64,000 nt of DNA from Phoronis australis (taxonomy: Eukaryota > Animalia > Phoronida). The notes under the pieces are model-generated. The model had not been told where the DNA came from. It ran no database searches and was given only the letters and a program-made list of their open reading frames with translations. The position numbers and the translations under genes are program-made. The stretch spans positions 223,001 through 287,000 of the forward strand of contig NMRA01000548.1 of the NCBI GenBank assembly GCA_002633005.1, read 5' to 3'. Shown here piece after piece: positions 12,801 to 24,800 of the stretch (positions are counted from its first letter, which is position 1; each line of letters begins with the position of its first letter).

Positions 12801-15800
12801 GTGATGTCTAACACTATTCACAATTTGCATTTTAGGCGGTTAAATTTGACTTCAATGTGATAGGATGGTGTGTGCTTCACGAATCTTTTGCACAAAAGAC
12901 TAGCTATTTGATGCGTTTTGAGACTCGTTTTAAATCTCATACATTTCTATGGTGGTTGCTTTGTCGTACTCTCACCAAAAAGCATGTTGCAGCAGACTGG
13001 TGCAAGCACGTGACAAGTGTTGTTTTTCATCCTATTGTTTACACAGTTATAACCAAGTTATCAGTGATGCCATCGGACGTTTATAAGCCGACAGTCGTTC
13101 ACAATGTACTTCAAAAAATGTCAACAGCACCATGTATGAAATCCCCAGAATTGCAACAACTTGTTTTGAACAATCTTGAATTAACAACAGAACTTATTAA
13201 GGAAAGAATAGAGTAACAGTATGACGCTTTGAGTCACTAACCACGGATATTCTTATCAAGTGACAAAATAAAAACATACTCTTGGGCAAATTTCACAAGT
13301 AGATCTCTGATACTGTCATTCATGAAGAAGCTGTCCTTCACAGGTGGCAGGCTAGTGGGTGATTCCACTTCGAAGGTGATTGGGGGTGGCAGGTCAGTGC
13401 CGTCCTGAAAATTTTAATCCAGGTCTGACATAGGCGCAGTAAAATACGACAAAACATAAAATTTAGTGAAAAGTGTGACCAGCAGTAAACAGCAGACATC
13501 TTAAAGATTCTAATTCATTTCCTTGTGAAAAAGTAGGAATATCCTACGTTGTGTACGACCTCATTCACAAGCCTGTCGTATTTAACCAAATATTTACAAA
13601 ACCCTAGATTATAGCGCAATACAAGACGGTGTATACCTTCTGATGGTAAAAAGCCCGTAATTTTTTTATTAAAGACTTTCTTTCCAAAGTGCCATTAATT
13701 GGGCCATGTGACCATGTTTTTTAGCAAAAGTTAACAAAAAGAAAGGTACATCGTTCAATAGCACAAAAAGTATAAATAGCAGGATAAAGTTTTAATTGAC
13801 ATATATATTCCAGGGTGAGATCTCGAAAACACCGTTGCTGTTTTCTAAAACATGATTTCCTTTTCTACAACTTTGGACTTTCTTCGTGAAACCAGTAAGT
13901 CTTATTCTCCAATGCAATGTGAGACATTTTAAAAACGATCATTCCTCACAGCATTTTGGAGAAAAGTGCAAAAAATTAAATATGAATCTGATCGGTTTTT
14001 CCGAGATATAAGTTCTAAATTTAGCTATAACTGGACATTTTTTTAAGGGTCCTTCATAACCTTACGCGAATTAATCAGAAGATATTACCAGCTTAATTAT
14101 TAGATTAAAATTTCAAGCACTCACCAATTTCTGGACATCCGGGAACTTTTTACGGATGAAACTACAGAAAACAGCAAATAACTTAAGCATGCATGACACC
14201 CAAGATTTGTAAAATTGCAGTTTACAGGTGACAGAGAAAGATATTCAGCAACAGATGTTTGCATAACTTTGAATGCTCACTTTTGCAGGCTTTCGAAGGG
14301 AGACGATACTTTTTAATAGAAGAGGTTGAAAATAACTAGCTCGAGAAAGAGTATCCTGACATGCTGAGTCCAAGACAGTATCATGGAAATGTCAACTGCG
14401 TAGTACGTAACAGATGATCAGCTGATGTATAACCAAACGGTTGACAAATGGCTTAGCACAAAACGCTTTACTGTGGCAGCATTTTGTGGAGTGTGGTTGA
14501 TTTGCTCTTTCTACAATTTCATCCGACTATCGTAGCAAAAAAAAACACACAAGGAAAAGCACGTACGTTTGCTTCCACAGAACTAATACTATTATTTTAT
14601 GCATACTTTCATTATCACTGCAACACGTACAAAACAAAACATCACACATTTGTGTTTAGTGGCTTTGGGAATATTTTCTTTCTGTGCTGTGTGCTAAGTA
14701 TCACTCTACCAGTGGGCGGGGTTTACTGTCGATAGCCCCTCCTCCAGAGGTGTCTATCTGCCAATCATTGGCGCTGATCAATACCCTCTACCTCCACCTG
14801 GCCAATTAAAAGTGTCAGCACAGCAGCTACAGTAACATACAAAACCAAAACCCTGCCTTGACGTCATACAATCGGACAAAATCAAAATAACCGACTGCAA
14901 GATTCTACTCACAAAATCAAAATTTCCGAGTAGAAAAGGCGCTGGTGGTCCTAAAAATGTCAAAAAGATCGAGACCTACTGACAGCAACACATTTAGTGT
15001 CATCAAAGCCACATTTCTCATCTTCCTGCACAGAGCACATATACTGGGAACAAACCAATCAGAAACAATATCCATACGTCAAATAATGAGAACATACCAC
15101 ACTCCACAAATTGATCTTGAAAGCAGTTTGAGATGAAGCACAAGAAATTACAACCGGGTACAACTTTGAATGCTTTCTTTTAAAAGACTGAGAGTATTCT
15201 CCTTACTGTCAGCACTATCTCCTTTGCTATACACTCAACTGACCACATTTTGTACACAGGAAAACAAATTCCAACAGCCAAGGTCAGCAACAAACACAAC
15301 TCAACAATTTTCCAACCAAGACCATCAAAAAGATATCTTCCCCCTAGCAACCTGGCAGAGCTGGCTTTCATAGGCATCAACAACAAATAATCGGTTCTAC
15401 CAATGCATCGTTATAAAAACTTCTAGAAGCACAAAAAATGCCTATTTGGCTATCCAAATTATTAAGCTGTGTTCCTCGACCAATCTCTAATAAAAACATA
15501 TCACAGCATGAATAATGGGTACACCAACACATTTTCATATCAAAACCAAGAATCACAACAGAGACAATAGAATGCCTAGAGCAGGCAGGTTTCAGGTAAT
15601 TTACAAGCAACCAGAACTGTGACCTGTGTTTGCAACAGTCACGGTCTATCGGCTGTAATCTGGCAGACTGGTTGTAACTGCCACCAAACCTAAACCGTTG
15701 CACCGCCGTCATCGGCATCGACTCTCGCCAAGTAATGTGTTTATCGAGTGGAACGATACCGTGGCCTCACCTCACATAAACCGACTGGTCCTTGAAGCGA

Positions 15801-18800
15801 TCCCGGATCTGGTTGCCGTCCAAATTCAAGTCGACCAACTTGAACTCTCGTATCTTATCCAATTGTTCACTGCGCAACTGCATGGGCAAACGACAGATCT
15901 CGTAACATACAACTGACAAGTTAGTGATTAAACTATTGACCTGTGTTCGTTTTCAATACCTCCAAATTCTTTGGGAGTGTTAGATCAATAAGATTAGGTA
16001 TGCCTAATGGGCACAGGTTCAAACCTGGTCAGGAATATCCCTGCCATTCGACCATTATTGCCAAGGAAATAGACGGCAGCCCTTTTGCAGTTACTAAACT
16101 GTAAAATCTCTTTACAATGTGAAAACGTAGCATCAATCAAGGTATGTATTAATTGAATTAAAATAGTTAAACGTATGATAAATTCTGAGTCAAACATCGT
16201 GAGCATAATTTTCCATATTTAGCCATCTGTCGGCAAAAGAAATTAATACAAACGATGCAGCAGCTTTTGGTGAACTCTCACACAATTATCACATTTAATT
16301 CATCCAGATTGCCAGGCGCTGAGCAATGTCAAATGAACAAATTTATCAAATCATGACAGCTCACCCTCAACAGGCAGCAGGCCATTTACACATTTCTGTT
16401 CATCAGTCTCACTTCATTAAATAATCCTAACAAATTGAAACCTCGGGTCGTTATCTGATCCTAAATCGTCAACAACATCCGCTATCAATTTCAAACTCAT
16501 ATTACTTTGAAAAGACCACTTTGACTAAAACCATCATAATAAATGGCAATGTTATCTGTAACTGGTCTTTATTCAGAACAATTACAACCAACTTAGGCAT
16601 CTGCGTGCGCCTCCTTGTTATTAATAACTGATCCGTAACAGTGACTCATAAGTCTCTATTATTTCACCAACACTGACATCCCACTGACCCATTGACCGGG
16701 GCATACCTGATTTTTCGACAAGTCCAGCTTGACCAAGCCGGGCGTTTTCCCAGCCAGGCGACTGAAAGTGTCCAGGTAGGTGAGTCTGTTGTTACTAAGG
16801 CTGATACCACACACCTCTGGGATGTTCTCCACGATGATCTTAGTCACTATGTCCATGTTGGCATTCTTGTTGAGAGCCAGTCGCAGCCCACTGGCATTCA
16901 GAGCTGAAGCAGGAGTTTTGTAACACTATTACAAAGTAACATTTGGTAATATTTCAGTTATTCTAAGCAAGGTAAGCAGCCCTTGAAAATCGAAAAACAA
17001 TAATTCTGACGATTATTGTTTTTGTACAAAATACCAGAAGATTTACCATAGAAATGTAAATCATTTCATGTCTCAATCACTACAGGACTCCTGGACTGCA
17101 CCTTCGAGCCATTAGCGCATAGAAATATAAAAAAGGCCCAAGTACACTGCAGCAGTGCCCTACCTCCCCCCCCCCGAGCATCTTTTAAACGCGACGCCCT
17201 TTCAAAAATTCAAGATTCTAGTCAACTCACAGCCCACCGAGATAAACATGACTGCTCTTATTTAGATTGCCCTTGGGGTTTCTGTTTATTATGTTACCAC
17301 TTTAATTACACTAAGTATGCTGGGCTCAAGTTTTTGAAAAAGGCACACTTTTTATCATCAGGTGCGCCCAAAGAGCACAGGGTAAAACCTGATCAGGAAT
17401 ATCCTTGAGGTCCCAACAAATGTCACAGTTAACAATTTTTAAAATACATGTGCATTATTTTTACAAGATACTTCCTGTACCACTTGTCATTCAGGTTCGA
17501 ATGTCAACATAAAGGTTCAACTTTCAGCAGTTGTGAGAGGATTAAATTTACCATGGTTATGTTCAGACCAGCAGGCATAGGAATATCACAGCATACCTTC
17601 ATCGTTGAAAAAGTCACTGAGATCCAAAAACTTTTCTTCTACTTTGTAACGTTTGCTCATTGACACCTGAAATGAAACACGTCTCACTCAATGTTCAACA
17701 TGACAACAAATGAAACACGTCTTACACAGTGTTGAAGACTACATGAAACACGTCCCACTCAATGTTTACCATGCCTCCAAATGAAACACGTTCCACTCAA
17801 TGTTTACCACGACTACAAAATGAAAAATGTCCCACTTACCTTTATTTTTTCAACAGCATCATCATCGAGTGGGAGTTCGGGCGGGGGACACGGCTTCACA
17901 ATGACTACCATCTAAAGATAACAATGTTCAATAAGACTTGATAACAAACATGATGTACACACAAAGAGTAGATTCTAACTGATAATGCATTGGTTTGGCC
18001 TTAGGGCTGTTCCAGTAAAATCCGTATGGGAGGGGGGGGACGGCAGTTAAAATAAAAATTTATGGGTGGTTGTGTTTGATTTAAATTCAAAATGACTGGT
18101 GGTCGTACTTCAAAAAAATAAAAAATTACAGGTCGTTGTTGTTTCATTGTGCCATAAATGTTTGATGGTGGGTAATTTCAGTAAGTTTTATAAACAATCC
18201 ACACATAATCAACAACTAAACTAAACACAACTTGCAAAAAGCGGCGACTTTTTCCAATCCCTCCGATCTCCCCATCGGCATGCCCATAACACCAGTCAAC
18301 CACAGGCGCTCGAATTTCCCGATGGCTAATAATAGAAACGCATGTTTTCATAGTAGTGAATGACGACAGTGGTGATCGAGGAATAGTGCCTGTGCAGTCA
18401 ACCACAAAAACAACAATGAGAATCCCAAAAGCATTTTGTAAACACATGATTGGAATTAATTTCCAGGTTTCTTGCGCTTTAAGAAANNNNNNNNNNNNNN
18501 NNNNNNNNNNNNNNNNNNNNNNNNNNNNNNNNNNNNNNNNNNNNNNNNNNNNNNNNNNNNNNNNNNNNNNNNNNNNNNNNNNNNNNNNNNNNNNNNNNNN
18601 NNNNNNNNNNNNNNNNNNNNNNNNNNNNNNNNNNNNGTCATTCATTACTAAGAAAACATGTTTCTTATATATGGTTATTAGCCATCGAGAAATTCGAGCA
18701 ACTGTGGTTAAATGGTGTTATGGGCATGCCGATGAGGAGATCAGAGGGAGTGAAAAAGTCGGAGCTTTTTGCAAGTTGCATTTTTGTTTCAGTTTTTGAT

Positions 18801-21800
18801 TCTGTGCGGATTGTTTATAAAATTTACTAAAATTACCCACCATCAAACATTTATGGCCCAGTGAAACAACAACGACCCGTAATTTTTTATTTTTTTGAAG
18901 TACCACCACCAGCCATTTTGAATTTAAATCAAACGCAACCACCCATAAATTTTTATTTCAGTTGCCTTCCTCCCCCATCCCACACAGATTTTGCTGGAAC
19001 AGCCCTTACATTTTTGTAATAAACATTTAAAAAACGTGCTGTTGAGTTGTGTGCCCGGCTGTACTCTTTACCAAAACACACGCACCATCGGATTACCAAT
19101 TCACACAGAGACGAACATGACTGGCAAAACTTAGAAATGCTGTATTCCCTCTGAATGCCTCCTTTGAAAGTCTGGTTGGAAAAGAAGTATGTGGCAAACA
19201 TTGCTCAACTATAAATAAAATTTAGACAGTATAACTTTCAACTGATTGCCTTCAAAAGTCCTCATCATCAGTCAGTACTATACCGCCATCGAATTGGGGA
19301 TCCCGCACTTTGCTTTCCGAGTCTGACTGAGGCACGCTAATCGAAGTCAACTGTAGCTGGATGTAGTATGGAACAAAGTTTTACAATTCCAGAAACTATC
19401 CAGAAATGTTCAACAAACTACCAGACCCAGGAACGGACGAATGACTATAAGGAATTGGCAACAAAGACGGCATTTTGCAATAACAATGCACAGGGTAAAA
19501 TGAAAGTGAATTCATATATGACGCCAACTTCTGGTTTTAGAAGAGCCTGCATTTCGACAAATTAATTAATCACAAAAATGGTATCCAGCTATCAGAACAT
19601 CTAAAAAACCCAGAATTTTCCTTTCGACAATAACCTCATGACTGGTCTTTCACTGTATTTCAAGTGACACGCAAATTACGACCGTTCTATAAAAACAGAC
19701 TTCTAGTGGGAGGAATGACATAGTCCAAGTTCTAAGCTGCTTAACAAATCACATACACCCCACAAATCTTATACAACAGTTTCCGAGTGGTACCTACTTT
19801 TTGAGGAAGAAATGGACGATCACTAATGCTGTTTATAGATTTGAGAATAAAGTCCTTCTCAAACTTTTCACCATGGGGTATCTATAAGAAAAGAACAACT
19901 CAGTTAACAAGAAACGAGTCTCAGTGTCCTATGATAATTGAGCAAGAACGGCAGACAATAGTAATCCTTGAATAATTTCCAATGTTCACATTATTTTGTG
20001 CATTAGTAAGATGTTAAGATAACGATTCATTACCCACACTTTTAATAAAAAGCTTAATCAGCAGACATGAACAAATATCGTAGCCTTTTTGTCAGCATGT
20101 AACAAGAGCACTGCCATAGCCATGAAGGCCACTATTAAGTTAAAGGTCACAAGTGACTAGTACAAGTTTCAAAATGTTTCTTTGTACAAAGGTTCTCACC
20201 AGGACATTTGACATTTGTCAACTGTTTGAACGACAACTGATACTTCTGACAGAAATTATTGAAAAAAACATGGTAAAATGTCAATCATTTCGGACAAAAA
20301 TAATTGCCAAAATAGCTCCCCTTACTTGCATTTTCAAGGGATTCTAGCACTGTTGTGAACGCCAACAATTTTTCAAAATATTCTCTATTAGTAGCTATTG
20401 TACAGAGCTTGGATATGGCAAAGTATCATTTTGGTACAAAGCATCATTAATGAAGAAGCGAGAAAACAAAATGTTACTTGTCTACCATATTGTACCTTAA
20501 AATGGTCAGACTTCTCCGTAACGTCAGGTAACAAAACAAGCCCATTAAACTTCGTATTCGGGTATGGTTATAACATGCGGTTTGTTTTGAATTTATACAG
20601 TGACGGTTGCATTTACGCAGCTGTAAAAAATTAAAATTTCTAACCGTAACTCGAAACCACTGGTCGCGACGCTGGCGATTGTCTCCCCTGTCGCCACCCC
20701 TGCCACCACGGTGGCTCAGGGGCAGCCCTAGCCTAGACATGGCGGACGATTGCTCATTGTCCATAGCCAGTCGACCTCCGCCTCCTCCTGGGGAAGGGCG
20801 ATGACCTCGCCGCGACGGAGGACGGGCTCCGTATGGGTTACTAGAAATGGATACAGGCGAATGCGTGTATGCAGCTTCACACATCAGTCTTATATACATA
20901 ACTATGAATAAATCAATCAAGCGACACCTGTCAGTTGTCAAAGAGTTTTGGGTAGTCAATGATCAAAAGACAAAAACAGAGAACACTGAAAAATAAGTAA
21001 CAACTGGTACTCTAATCAAAAAGAGACTAAAACCAAACTTTTCTAACAGTATGTTGGTAATGTTGGTAATGGTCTAATATAACGTGTCCGATTTTTGAGA
21101 ACCAGTTTTCTCCACTGATTAACAGGCATCACACTGGTTCTCAAAATACAGGCACATTATATCAGACTATTGCCCAGTCTGTCAGCGACCAACAAGAAGC
21201 AACTTCTTCCATTGTATGTAAGCAGCTTATTGTATCTTATTGTATCTTTCCTGAAAACAAGAGTAACCCCTGGCCAGTCGCAAATTAAAGTAGAGATCAA
21301 AGCTTATCTTCAAGAAAAACAATAGCAGCTCTGTATGGCAATCATACAAACAGCCTGCTGCCATCTCTTTCAGTGTTCAGATGGCAATTTAAACAGATCT
21401 CAACCACAACGAATTTCCGTTTAATTTCTTACTGCTATTAGACCAAAAGGTGGCGCTAAGTCCAACAGAAAGTGATGAATGGATATAACATTTGAATAAT
21501 ACACTTATATCTAAAAACAAAACATCTTCGACAGATCATCACAAGTCACAATTTTGATTGTTGAAGTAACTTATAAAGGCTGAATAAAAAAATCGTACTA
21601 TCTGCTAGCAGAGTGTGGGGAGACTTCACTGCCCATAGATACATCACCGTCTTCATCGAGACGAGAACGGGGATTCACACCACCTGAAAGACAATCGCCA
21701 TTAAAATTTGTCATATTCAACTATACAAATTTCTGCAGACAATGTAATAGGGCATTGAGCAAATCCTCAGACCTATTCACAAATTTACAAAAAAAACACA

Positions 21801-24800
21801 GTGTGCAATCCCAAAAGTAACCCTCGAATAAGCGGACAAGTTGGAATGATCACAACATTGTCACTAAAAAGATAATACTTTTTGTTCTTGGACAAAGATT
21901 TTATATTAAAACAAAGTACAGGGCTAAGCAATGTCATATATTATTAACTTATCGAGCATCATCATCCTATGCAGACCCGCAGCATTGAATCATTTGTCTT
22001 GTTTTTCCAATAGCAGCAGGTTCGGAAGATTCCACAGTATCCGATCCTTCCGTTATGGCATTATGCCCCAATATCCTGCATAATGCATTTCCATTTAACT
22101 CTACCTGGCTTTTTTGTATCTTTATCACATGAGGACAAAAAGTTTCCGAGTCGACTAGACCAGCAATTTGAAAGGAGACTCGATTTTGATGAACTTTAGA
22201 ACACAACATAGCAGAACAGTGAAAAAACATTTTATCAAAATTTTCAACAAAAGTTAACAGGAAAAAAACTTTACTTAATTATTTGCCCGTCACTTGCCTA
22301 GTTTACTTTGTACAGAGGTCATCAATGAACACAAAAATTCAAACACTTTATAAATAAAGTAGCTAAATTGAAACTTGGAAAACTGACAATTACTTTTGTT
22401 TGAACTTGAGGACACTTTTATTGTACTCGATATTTTTTCTCATTATGGAGGTGACATATACTGTAGAACTGTTATTTCATGACAAAACACTCAAAGACAG
22501 TGGTATCCAACAGGCATTTCAACAACAAGGATTACAAATAGACCAAGACAAAGAGGCGTATGTTTCAGGACACAAATAAGTAAGACTTAAAGTTATACCT
22601 CGTCCTCGTGCTCCAAAGCCCCTACTGCTGCCCCGGCCACGGGTAAACTTCTTTCTGTTCCCTCGTCTGTTCGAGGACTGGTTATAGCTGTTAACATTGC
22701 CACCACCTGCAGCAGAAAGGTTTTATGAATGTATATTGAAATAATTTATTGTCAGTTTTCAGAGTAAACATCAAACATTAGCCCATGGCTATTATCAGTG
22801 ACAATTAACATATAGGACATGTACAGGTAAAACCAAGCTGAGGAACAAGGGTCTAGCAGTCTAGTGGGATTTGAACCCACGATGTTTTGATTGGGAAGCG
22901 AATGCTCAGCGCTAGACCACACTGCCCCCATTTGGTACTTACGCAGCAGTTCTAGGAAATCAGGTAACAACTTAAAGTGCTCTAGCAGCAGTTAAAATGT
23001 CTAACCAGTGTTCTCCACAACAGGAAATTCAAACTTGACTTAAATTTCAAAACTCGTGTACATGCGTTCAAAAGTCAATATCTGTACTGTGGGGAGTTCG
23101 TATGTTAAGTCTTGAAATAAATAAATGTACTGAACTGGTACAAAAAGTCGAAAAAGTCCCAATTTGCTTAAGAAATGAATTATCTCCCCATAAATAATAA
23201 ATAATTGCAGGCAATCTGATACACGTTGTACTAGATGTGCATAGGCCTCGCATGTGGGCCCATTGCACTGATCACCTGGAAATATTTTTATGCTTTATTG
23301 ATATATGGTTAAAACCGAGCTGAGGAGCTAGAAACCTGGCTCAAGGGTTTAGCAGTGTGACCTGGTGGGACTCGAACCCACGACCTCGAGTAAAGAAAGC
23401 GGGCACTTATCAACCAGGCCACACTGCCTCCTCATATCTCCCCATTCTTCAAACTCATTCCACAGGTTTGTAAACTCGACGCAAGTGACCCAAATTCGTG
23501 ACAACAAAATTCAAACTCAACGCATTGTCGAGTGAAAACAGGTTGTGGAGAAAACTGTTCCCAGACACGTGAAGTTTATTTTTGAAAAGCATAATGTTTC
23601 ATTTTCAATTATGGCCATTTTTACACTGCGCATGGTCCTGGCAAGTGCAGTGTAAAAATAGGAGCGCACGCAGTGTAAAAATGGCCAGTTGTCTATTTGA
23701 GTAACTGAATGAAAGACTGGGCGAAAAAAGTAAAGTTTGTTTACGGGAGTATCTGTTAGAGTTGGAATAATTTAAAGACATTGATGGCCTAATAAGGTGT
23801 CCAAAAAGGTACCTATAGCAACGTGACTTTGATTGAATAATCAGTGTTTGGCATAATTCGCTGAAACACTTTCAGCGTATGAAGCCCCTATAGGAGCATT
23901 GATTCGACCCAAATCAGAATCTGACCCCTATTGGAATATCATCATTCTAATACAGGAAGTAGTTTAAGGCCCGTATTGGAATAAGCGATCGCTGTTCTTT
24001 TGTTGTCTTAGTGCATGGAAGTGTGCAGGATTTCTTGTTTAATTCGTGAGACATAAGGGCTTTATATCCAGAATTTTGTGAGGTTTGATGAAGAATTCTT
24101 TTCCAACATTTTTACATGTTTTTATTCAGCTTCTTAGTGTTTTTGGACACTAGTGTTAAAAATGTTGATTTCTTCCACGTTATTATCAGCTGATAATGTG
24201 CTGTCCAAGAATCATTTTGCATTTTCTATTGATTCCTCCTTTTTTCACTCAAGTGCGACCCTTATTTTCCATTAGCAGGGGACAGAACATGATAGGCTGA
24301 AACTGTACAAACAGGGTTTAATATCCTTTTAATCATATTCCAAATATATTTTGGCACAAGAAAATTTTTATCAGGTGAGTAAAATTAATAACCCTTGCTG
24401 ATGCGCACGGTATCTGAATTACCAGTGAAATTAGTGGAAGTCTCAACAAATCGTGAAGGCAGAAGATACCTTGAAGCTAGTTAACACTATGTTTTGTAAT
24501 GTATATTCAACACGATTCAAACTTACCCAGAAAATTGTTTCGATATTTTCTTAATTTGTCACAATGAAATAACCACAATTGATTAAGACATTCAAGAGAA
24601 TTAATTTGTAATCAGTGCTGTTCAATGATATTGGCAACATGGCAATGTTTATAAGGAAAAGACCCCCTTGTACCACAGAACTCCCTTTGCTGGTGCAGTA
24701 ATGGAGGATTTCAGCTAAACAATCTTTTAAATCTCTCACAACAGTCTAGACTGTTACACCTCCTTTAATTTAACCATCCAATTCTTCTTTCACCTTAGTG

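Noticed and set aside
14370-14378. CCAAGACAG resembling the CTE core
   Set aside because: It is on the plus strand, antisense to NXF1.
15377-15718. 113-aa ORF in the NXF1 cassette intron
   Set aside because: Separated from the NXF1 frame by the immediate TGA and has no recognisable domain; reinitiation cannot be excluded but is unsupported.
18001-19008. One 1-kb Harbinger element with TTA TSD
   Set aside because: Comparison with 29567-30110 shows both arms are the same end of the element, so two inverted copies are more likely.
19008-19076. FGKEYSRAHNSTARFLNVYYKN as the missing RRM exon
   Set aside because: Only vague similarity, no AG acceptor in front, and the donor is created by the MITE junction.
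21960-22076. Possible poison exon in NXF1 intron 2
   Set aside because: No polypyrimidine tract and no convincing donor.
22850-23433. Two tRNA genes
   Set aside because: A and B boxes are present but no full cloverleaf; they continue into a shared body also found at 48845, so they are SINEs.
23700-24380. Antisense exon ending at CAG|GTGAGT (~24374)
   Set aside because: A single donor match with no ORF or partner exon.
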